Source: Chloroflexota bacterium (GTDB taxonomy: Bacteria; Chloroflexota; Limnocylindria; Limnocylindrales; CSP1-4). From it: a stretch of 64,000 nucleotides of DNA. The position numbers and the translations under genes were made by a program. Shown in pieces: positions 50,936 to 60,852 of this stretch. The notes under the pieces were generated by a model. It saw only the letters and a list, made by a program, of their open reading frames with translations. It made no database searches and had not been told where the DNA came from. Where the stretch lies: the NCBI GenBank assembly GCA_021787395.1, contig JAJYLZ010000009.1:2639-66638 (forward strand), given 5' to 3'. The first letter of the stretch is position 1; every line of letters begins with the position of its first letter.

Positions 50936-51612
50936 TCCTTGAGCACGTAGCCCGCGCCGCGGACGGTGTGGATCAGCCTCGACTCTCCGGCGGCCTCGAG
51001 CTTCCCGCGCAGGTACCGGACGTAGACCTCGAGGATGTTGGACTCGCCCTCGAAGTCGTAGGCCCACACGTGGTCCATGATCACCTCCCGGGTGAGGACC
51101 TTGCGCGGGTGGCGCATGAACAGCAGCAGCAGGTTGTACTCGGTCGTCGTGAGTTCGATCGGGCGGTCGCCCCGACGGCCCTCCCGGGCGTCCACGTCGA
51201 GCTCGAGGTCGGCGAAGCGGAGCACCTCGCCAGCTGGCGCGGTCCGGCGGCGCAGCAGCGCGTGCACCCGGGCGAGCAGCTCCTCGAAGCTGAACGGCTT
51301 GACCAGGTAGTCGTCCGCGCCGGTCTCCAGCCCCGCGACGCGGTCCGCGACCTCGTCCCGGGCCGTCAGCATCAGGATCGCGACCTCGTCGCCCGCGGCA
51401 CGCAGTCGGCGCGTGACCTCGAGGCCATCGAGACCCGGCATCATGACGTCGAGGACGACGAGCTGGGGCAGGTGCTCTCGCGCCTTCTCGAGGCCCTCCT
51501 CGCCCGACGCGGCCTCGACCACCCGGTACCCCTCGTACGCCAGCCCGCGGCGGACGACGGTGCGGATCTTTGGGTCGTCGTCGACGACGAGGACGCGGAC
51601 GGGGTCAGCCAT
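50932..51612 (-). CDS. OmpR-family response regulator (MprA-like)
   Basis: [38 protein letters not shown]. Confidence 0.93.
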   Translation of the reverse strand: MADPVRVLVVDDDPKIRTVVRRGLAYEGYRVVEAASGEEGLEKAREHLPQLVVLDVMMPGLDGLEVTRRLRAAGDEVAILMLTARDEVADRVAGLETGADDYLVKPFSFEELLARVHALLRRRTAPAGEVLRFADLELDVDAREGRRGDRPIELTTTEYNLLLLFMRHPRKVLTREVIMDHVWAYDFEGESNILEVYVRYLRGKLEAAGESRLIHTVRGAGYVLKE

Positions 51613-51712
51613 GGCGGCGGGCGGCCTCCAAATCTTCGTGCGCCGCGAGACCGGCGGCTTCTCGCCGGGTACCAGCATCCTACGACGTCAGCCGGACGGT
51701 GACCTCTACGCC

Positions 51713-51738
51713 TGAGAGCCACCTGAGTGCCTGCTGAG
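51713..51738 (-). promoter_or_regulatory. 11-bp-period operator array (class A) upstream of the response regulator
   Basis: TGAG at 51713, 51724, 51735. Confidence 0.6.
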
Positions 51739-51952
51739 ACATCAGGCCTACAGGCGGGGCGACCGGTGCTCGCGCGGGACAAGGATGCTCCCGGGCTGCA
51801 GCACGCGGGTTCGGCGCCCGCTCGGGCTTGGTGCCTGCGCTGCCATCGACGCCAGCCCCGTGGCCTTTGCGCAACCCGAGCGTACGATGAGGGGCACGAG
51901 CTGATCACTGTCGGCCCGGAGGGTGGCCACTGGATGCGGCGCCGGCTCGTCA

Positions 51953-52699
51953 TCACGCCAGCGGGCCGACTCCGATGTGGCAGGCAGCAAGGAGGGCGAC
52001 ATACGCCGCGATCGGCAGCCACTCGAACGGCAGGGCTCGCCGGCGGTCGCTCCGGCCCGCCGACGCGGCGCCCACCAACCACTCGATACGCCTGACTGGA
52101 TCCGCCGCGAACGACGTACCGCCAGTGTCCAGCCAGTCCGTCTTGAGGAGCGCGCGCGCCACGGTGGCCCGGCTCGACCCGGCATCGATGGCCGCGCGGT
52201 CCGCCTCGATCTCGAGGTCCGAGAGGCGGCGGGCGGCGGCGTCTCGCACTGGACGAAACGGCCGGAGCAGGGTCGCCCACGCCTCGAGCGCCGCCGCATG
52301 CATCGGAGCCCGCGTCTTGCGGTGATGCTCCTCGTGGCGCAGCACCGCGAGAAGCTCGTCGGCCTGGAGGTCCGCGAGCAGTCCGGCGCCAATGTAGACG
52401 TTGGGGCGCAGCCAGCCGAGCACGAAGGCGTGTCGCCCGCCGCCATCGACGAGCAGGAATCGGACCCCCGCGACCTCCATCGTGCTCGCATGGGAGTCGA
52501 GCGCCCTGCGGAGGCGCTCGTCGCGAACGACGATCCGCAGACCAAGCACCGCCCAAGTGGCGACCGCGAGGGCGCCACCCACCTCAGGCGCGCGCAACGG
52601 ATCGCCGGAGGCGTGCGTCAGGGCGTCGGCGCACCACGCGCCGATCGCCACCGCCAGCCCGAACGCGGCCAGGAGCGCGACGGCCAGTCGCCGGTTCAC
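51953..52699 (-). CDS. M56/M48-family (BlaR1-like) membrane metallopeptidase
   Basis: AVLRHEEHH, EIEAD, ARALLK. Confidence 0.8.
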   Translation of the reverse strand: MNRRLAVALLAAFGLAVAIGAWCADALTHASGDPLRAPEVGGALAVATWAVLGLRIVVRDERLRRALDSHASTMEVAGVRFLLVDGGGRHAFVLGWLRPNVYIGAGLLADLQADELLAVLRHEEHHRKTRAPMHAAALEAWATLLRPFRPVRDAAARRLSDLEIEADRAAIDAGSSRATVARALLKTDWLDTGGTSFAADPVRRIEWLVGAASAGRSDRRRALPFEWLPIAAYVALLAACHIGVGPLA

Positions 52700-53109
52700 G
52701 GGGGCCCGCCGCCGGCGAGGCGGACGAGCTCCGCCCGGAGCTCCGGGTCGAGTTCGCCGAGCCTCTCGCCGAACTGGCGGACGGCGGCCGAGCCGTAGCG
52801 GGCGAGGACGGCGTCGACGGCCTGTCCCGCGAGCGCATCGACCGAGGCCGGCTCGTCGCCGGCGGGGCGGTACACGTAGCCGCGCCCGACCTTCGTCCGC
52901 TCCACCAGTCCGCGGTCGTGGAGGCGGACGAGGATGGTCATGACGGTGGTGTACGCCAGCTGGCGCGGCTGCTCGCGGTTGATGTGCGCCACGACGTCGG
53001 CGACGCTCGAAGGCCCGCGGTCCCACAGGACGCGCATGACCGCCGACGCGAGCGGGCCGAGCATCGATGCCACGCCGGGCTCCCCTAGGCGTTGCTCCTC
53101 CGGCTCCAT
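52696..53109 (-). CDS. BlaI/MecI/CopY-family repressor
   Basis: LGPL...VM..LW, LAYTTVMTILVRL..RGLV.R. Confidence 0.92.
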   Translation of the reverse strand: MEPEEQRLGEPGVASMLGPLASAVMRVLWDRGPSSVADVVAHINREQPRQLAYTTVMTILVRLHDRGLVERTKVGRGYVYRPAGDEPASVDALAGQAVDAVLARYGSAAVRQFGERLGELDPELRAELVRLAGGGPP

Positions 53110-53181
53110 CGGCCGACCATACCACGGCGCACCTCGGATGGCGGCGGCGCGGGCCAGGTGCAGGTCAGGCGAAGGCCGATA

Positions 53182-53199
53182 TACTACGGCCCTGTCGTA
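53182..53199. promoter_or_regulatory. BlaI-type operator
   Basis: TACTAC-GGCCCT-GTCGTA; related sites at 56825, 56912, 59002. Confidence 0.7.
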
Positions 53200-53728
53200 T
53201 GTCGGTGCTGAGTCCTACTGTCCCCTCGCCCGATCCCATCCCCTCCTCGCGTTCCGGAGTGCCCCTCGTCGAGCTCTCCCAGGCGACCAAGGTGTGCGGC
53301 GCCACGGTCGCCATATGGCGCGTCGACCTCCAGCTGCATGCCGGCGAGGGCGTTGGGATCGTCGGGGCAACGGCTCCGGGAAGACCACCCTGCTCCGAGC
53401 GGTCGCGGGGGTGCTGGAGCTCGACGCCGGCGCCCGTGATGCCGCACCCTCGTTGAAGGCCCACCCTGTTGGGGCACCGGTTAGGGCTGTTCGACGACCT
53501 CACCGTCCTCGAGAGCCTCCGCCTCTTCGACCACACGCGCAGCGGCGGCCCAGGGCGAGCGAGCCATCTCCTTTCGAGGCTGAGGCTGGACGACGTCGCG
53601 CACGCCCGGGTCTCGTCCCTGTCCGCAGACACGCGCCGCCGTGCCGGACTCGCACGGGCACTGGCCACCAACCCCGAACTGCTCGTGCTGGACGAGCCGT
53701 TCGCGTCGGTGGACGCCGAACACGCGTC
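53199..53728 (+). pseudogene. ABC-transporter ATPase (CcmA-like) remnant
   Basis: Walker A GNGSGKTT and LLVLDEP lie in different frames; truncated. Confidence 0.7.
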
Positions 53729-53968
53729 GACCTGGCAGGCGGCGAGCGCGAGCAGCGCGTACTCGACCGGGTTGGGGGCGGTGTCCGCGCCGCCGAGCGA
53801 GGGCGGCTCGTCCACCCCGAGCTCGAACGAGCGGATCCGCGCGTCGCTGCGCAGGGCGGCCGTCTGGCGGCTGGTCACGCGCAAGGTGTGGACGCTGGCG
53901 CCCTCGGGCGCGGCGGCGAGGGCCTCGCGGGTGGCGGCCACGAGCGGGGCGAAGGCGAACTCGGTCAT
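53726..53968 (-). pseudogene. OsmC-family protein, N-terminal fragment
   Basis: VDEPPSLGGADTAPNPVEYALLALAACQ then abrupt loss of homology. Confidence 0.7.
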
Positions 53969-54463
53969 GGGGTCTGATCTCCCAGGGGTGCGTCGTTGAA
54001 GGCGTACGGGTGGGAGGTCCCGGCCGGGTGCAGTGGTTCCGGCGGCAGGCCGTCGCATTCGTCCTGAGGAGCGATGGGCCGCAGCCTTGGCTGCGTTCTC
54101 GGGACCTCGGCCCGAGGCCAGGCGCGGTCAGCGACCGGCCGCGCGCCCTCGGGCCCCGTCCTCAGCGCGGCGGGGCCGCCGGCGCATACACATCATCCCC
54201 GCGGAGCGGCCGGGCGAGCTCGTGGGCGGACGGTACGAGCCTGACGGGTTGCGGTCAAGGAGCCGTTCGGTGCCGAGTTGGGTTCGGTCGCCAGGCTCTC
54301 CAGATGGGGTGCTCTACCCGGTTCCGGGTGTCGGCCGCGCCACGCAATCTTGACCGGCGAACGGCCTGCGCCGATCGAGCTCGCCAGGGCCGCGATCGTC
54401 ACGTCGGGGGCGCCGGCGGCCTGCTCGGCCCCCCGCGGCGCCCGCACCCCATGTGGCGGCCGA

Positions 54464-54955
54464 CTACGTCTCGGCGTCGGCCAGGTCGAGTTCCGCGGCG
54501 GCGACGACCCGCGAGCATGGGCTGCATCGCCCCACGACCGTCAGGTGGGAGAGGTTGACCACGAACCCCCGCGCTGCCGTCAGCGCTTCGGTCAGCGCCG
54601 CGGCTTCGGCTCCGCTGATATCCCAGGTCCCGCCGCACGCCTCGCAGCGCAGGTGGCCGTGCACGGACTCGGGCAGCACGTGGTATTCCTCGACTCCGTC
54701 GTGGCCGTGGGAATGGCGCACCAGCCCGAGCTCCTCGAGGGCGTCGAGGCTCCGGTAGACGGTTGAGGGCGTCGTGTCGGGGTCGACCGCCCGGCAGCGC
54801 TCGACGAGCTCGGAGCCGGTCACGTGGCCCTGCGCGGAGAGGAGCACTTCGACGAGCACCCGCCGCTGCGGCGTCCAGCGCATGCCGCTCGCCCGCAGGC
54901 GCGCCCTCGCCCTCTCGACCGCACTCTCTTCTCGGTGGCTGGCTGGCTGGCTCAT
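54464..54955 (-). CDS. Fur-family regulator (Nur/Zur-like)
   Basis: RWTPQR, STVYRSL, HSHGH, HGHLRCEACG, CSPC. Confidence 0.9.
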   Translation of the reverse strand: MSQPASHREESAVERARARLRASGMRWTPQRRVLVEVLLSAQGHVTGSELVERCRAVDPDTTPSTVYRSLDALEELGLVRHSHGHDGVEEYHVLPESVHGHLRCEACGGTWDISGAEAAALTEALTAARGFVVNLSHLTVVGRCSPCSRVVAAAELDLADAET

Positions 54956-55083
54956 CGCACCCGGCATCCTACGGCTCTCCTAACCGGCAGCTTACCGCGG
55001 CGCAGATGCCACGGAGGACAGATGCAACACGGCGCGTTAGGATGCCCCCTGACCCCACCGACCCTCGTCCCAGGGAGCCGTTC

Positions 55084-56160
55084 ATGCTGTCGCACCTCCG
55101 CCGTCTGCTCGACGCGTCCCCCAGCCTGCGGCGACGGGTCGTCGTGGTGTACGTCTTCCTGCTGTGCTTCAACGTCGCCGCGTGGGGCCTGGCCCTCGCG
55201 GCGTCCGCGGCCTACCCGATCCTGCTGCCGACAGCGTTCCTCGCCTACACGTTCGGCCTACGGCACGCCGTGGACGCGGACCACATCGCGGCGATCGACA
55301 ACTCGACCCGCAAGCTGATGCAGGACGGGCAGCGCCCCGTCGCGGTCGGGACGTTCTTCTCGCTCGGCCACTCGACCGTCGTCGTCGCCCTGTCGGTGCT
55401 CGTCGCCGTCTTCGCCGGCGCGGTGAGCGGGATCCCGGCGGCGCAGCGGATCGGCGGCCTGATCGGGACCGGGGTCTCCGCGACGTTCCTCCTCGTGATC
55501 GGCGTCATCAACCTGGTCGTGCTGCTCGACATCTGGCGGATGTTCCGGGAGGTCCGCGAGGGCGGCGAGTACAGCGAGGAGAGCCTCGAGGACTTCCTCG
55601 ACAGCCGCGGCCTCCTGGCGCGGCTCCTGCGGCCCGCGCTGCGGCTGATCCGGCGGAGCTGGCACATGTACCCGCTCGGCTTCCTGTTCGGCCTCGGGTT
55701 CGACACCGCGTCCGAGGTGGCGCTCCTCGGACTGGCGGCCACCTCCGGGGCCGGCGGCGTCCCGGTCGGCTACATCCTGATCCTGCCCGCGCTCTTCGCG
55801 GCGGGCATGTGCACCGTCGACTCCACCGACGGGATCCTGATGCTCGGTGCCTACGGCTGGGCCTATGTCAAGCCCATCCGCAAGCTGTATTACAACCTCA
55901 ACATCACCTTTGTGTCGGTGGTGATCGCCTTCATCATCGGCGGCATCGAGGTCCTGAGCATCATCGCGAACCAGTTCGGGCTGACCGGCGGGATCTGGGA
56001 CGTCGTCACAGGACTCGACTTCGGGCTGATCGGCCTCGGGATCATCGTGGTGTTCGCGGCGAGCTGGATCCTGTCAACGCTCGTGTACCGCTGGAAGGGC
56101 TACGACGACCTGCTCGCCGCGGCGCATCCGGCCATGGGGACGGGCGGCGACGCCTCCTGA
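55084..56160 (+). CDS. HoxN/HupN/NixA nickel/cobalt transporter (NiCoT)
   Basis: RHAVDADHIAAIDN, FSLGHSTVV, LFGLGFDTASE. Confidence 0.95.
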   Translation: MLSHLRRLLDASPSLRRRVVVVYVFLLCFNVAAWGLALAASAAYPILLPTAFLAYTFGLRHAVDADHIAAIDNSTRKLMQDGQRPVAVGTFFSLGHSTVVVALSVLVAVFAGAVSGIPAAQRIGGLIGTGVSATFLLVIGVINLVVLLDIWRMFREVREGGEYSEESLEDFLDSRGLLARLLRPALRLIRRSWHMYPLGFLFGLGFDTASEVALLGLAATSGAGGVPVGYILILPALFAAGMCTVDSTDGILMLGAYGWAYVKPIRKLYYNLNITFVSVVIAFIIGGIEVLSIIANQFGLTGGIWDVVTGLDFGLIGLGIIVVFAASWILSTLVYRWKGYDDLLAAAHPAMGTGGDAS

Positions 56161-56333
56161 CGCCCAGCCCCCGCTGCCACTCGCGCCGGCGGCGCACAAG
56201 GCGGGCGTTCCCGGATTCCCGGATCGTGACCACCAATCCGCGTGCCGGCAATCCACAGGCCTGTCTCAGCCTGCGCTCATGTGCGCGTCGATCATCGGCC
56301 CTAGCGATGGTCGGGACGGCAGGAGTTCACGCA

Positions 56334-56777
56334 GTGCTTGAGCAGACATTCGGGCCGATGGGCCGCTGGGCCGAGGATCCCCGGGCGATCACGGTCGCCG
56401 TCGAGTCGATCCCGCTCGTCCGGGCCGCCTTCGAGTCTCTCGTGGCGACGGTCCCAGGGATCCGTCTGGCCTCCGCTGGCCCCGACCACCGGGCGACCAC
56501 GCCGATGGTCGTGCTCGAGGTGGATGTGGGCCAGGGACGGTCCTCGGATGATGGGACGCGTGCTCCCGCCCCGCGGGCCAACGTGCTCCGGCTCGCGCCC
56601 CAATGGGAACCGCGGGACGCGCTGCGGGCTGTTCAGGACGGGGCGGTCGGCTGCCTGACGACCGGCGCCTCGGTCGCCGACCTCGCGACTGCGATCCGCC
56701 GAGTGGCGCGGGGCGAGGTGACGCTGCCGCCAGGCGTTGACGGCGCCGCGCAGTGGGGCCAGCCCATCGGCCGCTGA
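56334..56777 (+). pseudogene. Degenerate NarL-type receiver fragment without HTH
   Basis: LVRAAF...ALRAVQDGAVGCL...DLATAIRRVARGE; class A array at 56254-56279. Confidence 0.45.
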
Positions 56778-56824
56778 CCATCCCCGCTGCGGCCGGCTTC
56801 GCCCGGGCCCTCCCCGAACGCTTG

Positions 56825-56929
56825 TACGACAGCGCTGTAGTAGCATCGCGCCAGCGAGCTCGACTCGCCCGCCTCCGCGCCAAGCGGCGCGACCAGCTCG
56901 CCCGCCACGAATACGACATATGTGTAGCA
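56825..56929. promoter_or_regulatory. Two BlaI-type operators
   Basis: TACGAC-AGCGCT-GTAGTA (56825) and TACGAC-ATATGT-GTAGCA (56912). Confidence 0.7.
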
Positions 56930-56983
56930 GGTTGGCGGCGGCGGCCCGTTCAACCGCAGCACGCTAGAGCTAGAGAGAAGCAG

Positions 56984-58171
56984 ATGTCCTCCCGGAGCAA
57001 CCGAGCGTCAGGGCGCGCACGGCGCCCCAAGACCGCGGGCGAACGGCGGTCCTCGCCTCCGGCCGTGCCTTCCGGTGTCGCAGCCGCGGGCGCGGGGATC
57101 GTAGCCGATCCCCCTGGCGCCACGGCCGACCAGCCGAGAGTGGAGCCGGCTGCCCTCGTCGTCTCCCACTGGTTCGAGTCGGGCCCCGCAGGCGGACCCC
57201 GGTACGACGCCACCATCCGGGTCGTGGGCCGGCGGCGCGGCGTGGACGCGGGGAGGGCCGGCCCGGGCGACTCGTTCTCGGTGTCCGAGGCCGTCCAGGG
57301 GGTCGTGCCGGGCTCCGGTCCCGTCGCGGCGACCAGCTGGGTCTACGGGGTGACCGCCGGGGACTGGGACGTGAGCGCCGAGCTCGTTGGGCCCGAGCGC
57401 GCCCGCCAGGCGAACGGCGGCGGCCGGGTTCACCGCGCCGGCTGGTCGTGGCGGCGCTGGACGGTCGAGTCGGCGCCCGACGCCCCGGTCTCCACCCGCT
57501 GGGCGCCGATCGCCCCGCTCGCGGCGAGCCCGGTGGTGGCCCCGGGGAGCTTCACCGTCCTCGCCGCCGTTGCGCTGGCCGCCGCCATCGGGCTCGAGCC
57601 GGCGTTCCTCGCCCACCACCGCCTCGATGTCGGCAGCGCCCTCGTCGCGTCCGTCCTCGGCGCGGCGCTGGGCCTGGCCGGGGCGAAGGCTTGGTACATG
57701 GCCCTCAAGGGCTTCTCGCGCGCGACCCTCCGCGAGGGTTGGTCGGTAGACGGCTTCCTGATCGCGGCGCCCGTCGCGGCCTCGATCGTGGCTGTCGTCC
57801 TCGGGGAGCCCCTCGGCGCGTTCCTCGACGCGGTCACCCCGGGCCTGTTCGTCGCCGTCGCGATCGGGCGGATCGGCTGCTTCTTCACCGGCTGCTGCGC
57901 CGGGCGAACGACGGCCGGCTGGGGGATCTGGTCCTCCGACAGACGCGTCGCTGCCCGCCGGGTCCCCACACAGCTGCTCGAGTCGCTGACCGGGGCCGCC
58001 CTCGCCGCGGTCTCGACCGCCGTGGTGCTCGGCCGCGTCGCATACGGGTCGGGTCTGGTGTTCGCGGCGACGATCGTGGCCTACGTGGTGGCGCGGCAGG
58101 GGCTGCTACGCCTCCGCGCGGAGTCGCGGCCGTTCTCGTGGCGGCGCGCCGCGCCCGCACGGACCGGGTAG
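56984..58171 (+). CDS. Lgt-like protein with N-terminal soluble extension
   Basis: GAKAWY, IGRIGCFFTGCCAG, WSSD, RVPTQLLES. Confidence 0.75.
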   Translation: MSSRSNRASGRARRPKTAGERRSSPPAVPSGVAAAGAGIVADPPGATADQPRVEPAALVVSHWFESGPAGGPRYDATIRVVGRRRGVDAGRAGPGDSFSVSEAVQGVVPGSGPVAATSWVYGVTAGDWDVSAELVGPERARQANGGGRVHRAGWSWRRWTVESAPDAPVSTRWAPIAPLAASPVVAPGSFTVLAAVALAAAIGLEPAFLAHHRLDVGSALVASVLGAALGLAGAKAWYMALKGFSRATLREGWSVDGFLIAAPVAASIVAVVLGEPLGAFLDAVTPGLFVAVAIGRIGCFFTGCCAGRTTAGWGIWSSDRRVAARRVPTQLLESLTGAALAAVSTAVVLGRVAYGSGLVFAATIVAYVVARQGLLRLRAESRPFSWRRAAPARTG

Positions 58172-58226
58172 CCGCGCCGGGGCTGGAAACGCCGCAGGCG
58201 GGACGAGGGGGCGACGCAGCGGCTGT

Positions 58227-58916
58227 TCAGGTCCCGTCAGGCACCGTGGGCCCGATCGCCCGCTCGGGCCAGTGGCCGCGCCGCTCCTTGACCAGCTGGC
58301 CGAGCTTCATCATCCCGTAGGTCAGGCCCTCCGGCCGGGGCGGGCAGCCAGGGACGTAGACGTCGACCGGCAGGAGCCGGTCGATGCCCTGGATCGTGGA
58401 GTAGGAGCGCTTGTAGCGGCCGCCCGAGCAGGTGCAGTCGCCCATGGCCACGCACCACTTCGGCTCGGGCATCTGCTCCCACAGGCGGACGAGCGGGCCG
58501 GCCATCTTGGTCGTCAGGGTGCCGGCCACGATCAGGACGTCGGCCTGTCGCGGGCTGGCGCGGAACGGGAACATGCCCCAGCGGTCCATATCGTTGCAGC
58601 TGCAGGCCGCCGACATCATCTCGATCGCGCAGCAGGCGAGGCCCGACAGCAGCGGCCAGAGGCTGTTCATGCGGATCAGGTCGATCAGGATGTCGGCCTT
58701 GGTCGGGATCACGTCCAGCTGGCCCCAGCGTGCCGTGTCCGCCAGCACGAGGTCCGAGCCCTCGAGCTCGCGGAGGTGCGTGGAGGCGGGCGCGGTGCCC
58801 TGGTAGGCGCCCGGCCGGACCGTGGACCACAGCGTGTTGGGGACGACGATCGGCTCGGCTCGGGCGTCGCGCCCGGAGTCTGCCGTGGCGATCAACCGGC
58901 GGGGCGGCTCGTCCAT
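58227..58916 (-). CDS. nuoB: Stand-alone NuoB-family 4Fe-4S protein
   Basis: GLACCAIEM, RASPRQAD, MPEPKW..AMGDC, VDVYVPGCPPRPE. Confidence 0.92.
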   Translation of the reverse strand: MDEPPRRLIATADSGRDARAEPIVVPNTLWSTVRPGAYQGTAPASTHLRELEGSDLVLADTARWGQLDVIPTKADILIDLIRMNSLWPLLSGLACCAIEMMSAACSCNDMDRWGMFPFRASPRQADVLIVAGTLTTKMAGPLVRLWEQMPEPKWCVAMGDCTCSGGRYKRSYSTIQGIDRLLPVDVYVPGCPPRPEGLTYGMMKLGQLVKERRGHWPERAIGPTVPDGT

Positions 58917-59001
58917 GCGGCGTGGTCCTCCTGAGCCACAAGCCCCGCGCGCTGCGGTCCGGGCTCCTATCACCGTGTGGTGCGCGAGGGTTCCCCGATG
59001 T

Positions 59002-59019
59002 TACGACAGGCGTGTAGTT
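59002..59019. promoter_or_regulatory. BlaI-type operator upstream of nuoB
   Basis: TACGAC-AGGCGT-GTAGTT. Confidence 0.65.
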
Positions 59020-59057
59020 GTTGTCCGGGCCATACCCGATCGCGATCGCCCATGGGG

Positions 59058-59300
59058 TCAGCCGTCACCGGGCGCGACCGGGACTCCGCCGAGCCTGACG
59101 ATCGCGGCGAGGTCGGCGACCCCGACCACGAGCGGGTCGTAGTCGATGATGAGCAGGCGCCCCTCTCTGGCGGTCACCGCCCGGTAGATGCCCGGGTGGG
59201 CCTCGAGCAGGCGCTCGTACCGGCGGTCACTCGTCCGCGCGTCGGTGCTGACCGGGACGTGGGCGCGGAACCCCCGGACCGGTCGGCGCTGCCGCGTCAT
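59058..59300 (-). CDS. Small hypothetical protein (HMA-like fold without CxxC)
   Basis: RBS GGAGGAGG; PGIYRA...IDYDP. Confidence 0.5.
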   Translation of the reverse strand: MTRQRRPVRGFRAHVPVSTDARTSDRRYERLLEAHPGIYRAVTAREGRLLIIDYDPLVVGVADLAAIVRLGGVPVAPGDG

Positions 59301-59641
59301 GAGCCTCCTCCCCTGGCGGTGCTCGAGCGCGTGGGGTCGCCCGATCCGGTCCCACCCGTCGCCCCGGTTGCTGCACGGGGCGTCATCCCGCCCGCACCCA
59401 GGCCGACGAGGCGCTTGCGCTCATGGCGGCGCGAATCGAGCCCATCGGTTTCAGCGTCCACCAGCGATGCTGATCATGAACCGAGGCTGGCCGCGGCTGA
59501 TGAATCCAGAGTGAGCCGCGGATGAGACTTCCGGTCCCATTCGGCACCGCCCGCCTGCTTCCGTCCGGCGCGGGACCTCCGCGTCGGCTCGGATCAGCTG
59601 GCCGACACGGTCGGGAGCTGGTCCGGCGCGCCGCCGAGGCG

Positions 59642-60847
59642 TCAGGCCGCGCACGCCGCCAGGCACCATGCGCAGCGATCGCAGCCCGCCGGCTCGACGA
59701 ACAGCGCCCGCGGCGCGAGCTCGGCGGCATGCAGCCCGCAGGCGCAGGCGAGCTCGCACCGGCCGTCGATCGCGAACGGCGCCGACCGCCCGGCGATGGC
59801 GTCGATCGCCCGCTCGCGCACCGTGTGGCTCAGGCGTACGCCGAGCAGCGCAACGCTGATCGACCCCTCGGCCACGAGCGCGATCGCGCCCAGGCGGTCG
59901 AGCGCAGGGCCGAGCACGCCGCGCAGGCGGCGGTCGTGGTCCTGTAGCGAGCCGATGGCGCCGTCGGCCCAGTCGCCGATGACCTGGGCGGCGGCGACGC
60001 CGGACAGGAGCGCGTACGAGATGCCCTCGCCGAACAGGGCATCGGCCGTCGCGGCCGCGTCGCCCGCCAGGACGACCCGGTCCGAGGCGAGCGGCCCTGT
60101 GCGGAGCCCCTGGGGGATCCAGTGCCCGCGCACGTGCCCCGCGCTCGGGTCGAGGCCGAGATCGCGGGCGAAGCGCGCCAGATCGCCTCGCAGCCGGCGG
60201 TGCTCGGAGGCGCGGTACGAGCCTACGCCGACGTTGGCGTGGTCGCCCTTCGGGAAGTACCAGCCGTAGCCGCCCCGCAGGCCGAAGGCCAGCACGGCCG
60301 TCTCGGGCGCGACCACCGAGGAGAACGGCAGGTCGACCTCGAGCGCCAGGGCCAGGCGGTGCGGCGTGCCACCGAGGCCCAGCCGGCGGGACAGGGCGCT
60401 CGGTTCGCCGTCGGCCACGACCGCGACATCCGCCGCGAACCGCCCGCCCGCGGTGCGGATCGCCACGCCGGTCTCGTCTTCGACGATGTCGAGGACCGGG
60501 GTCGCGTCGCGGACCTCGGCCCCCGCGCGCGCCGCGGCCTCGACCAGGGTGAGGTCGAACCGTGTCCGTTCGACCATCGCGATCGTCGCGGCGGGCGCCT
60601 CGATGCGGAACGAGCCGAGGTGTGGCGCCCGGAGCTCCACCCGCTCGACGCGGCGCTCGACCACCTCGAGCGCCTCTCGCGGGACGAGCCGCTGGGCCTT
60701 CGGGGTCAGGCCGCCGCCGCACAGCTTGGGGCGCGGCAGGCGGCGGGCCTCGAAGAGGGTCACGTCGGCGCCGCGCTCGGCGAGGAGCCGGGCGGCGGTG
60801 CTGCCGGCCGGTCCGGCTCCGATGACGGCGACCCTGGGCTGCGACAT
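59642..60847 (-). CDS. Geranylgeranyl reductase family flavoprotein with Cys-rich tail
   Basis: GAGPAG, KLCGGG, YGWYFP, GDAA...GEGISYA; CELACAC...CDRCAWCLAAC. Confidence 0.88.
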   Translation of the reverse strand: MSQPRVAVIGAGPAGSTAARLLAERGADVTLFEARRLPRPKLCGGGLTPKAQRLVPREALEVVERRVERVELRAPHLGSFRIEAPAATIAMVERTRFDLTLVEAAARAGAEVRDATPVLDIVEDETGVAIRTAGGRFAADVAVVADGEPSALSRRLGLGGTPHRLALALEVDLPFSSVVAPETAVLAFGLRGGYGWYFPKGDHANVGVGSYRASEHRRLRGDLARFARDLGLDPSAGHVRGHWIPQGLRTGPLASDRVVLAGDAAATADALFGEGISYALLSGVAAAQVIGDWADGAIGSLQDHDRRLRGVLGPALDRLGAIALVAEGSISVALLGVRLSHTVRERAIDAIAGRSAPFAIDGRCELACACGLHAAELAPRALFVEPAGCDRCAWCLAACAA

Positions 60848-60852
60848 GGGCG

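Noticed and set aside
54956-55083. NiCo or cobalamin riboswitch before NiCoT
   Set aside because: Short intergenic region without recognisable consensus; the divergent Fur-family gene explains regulation
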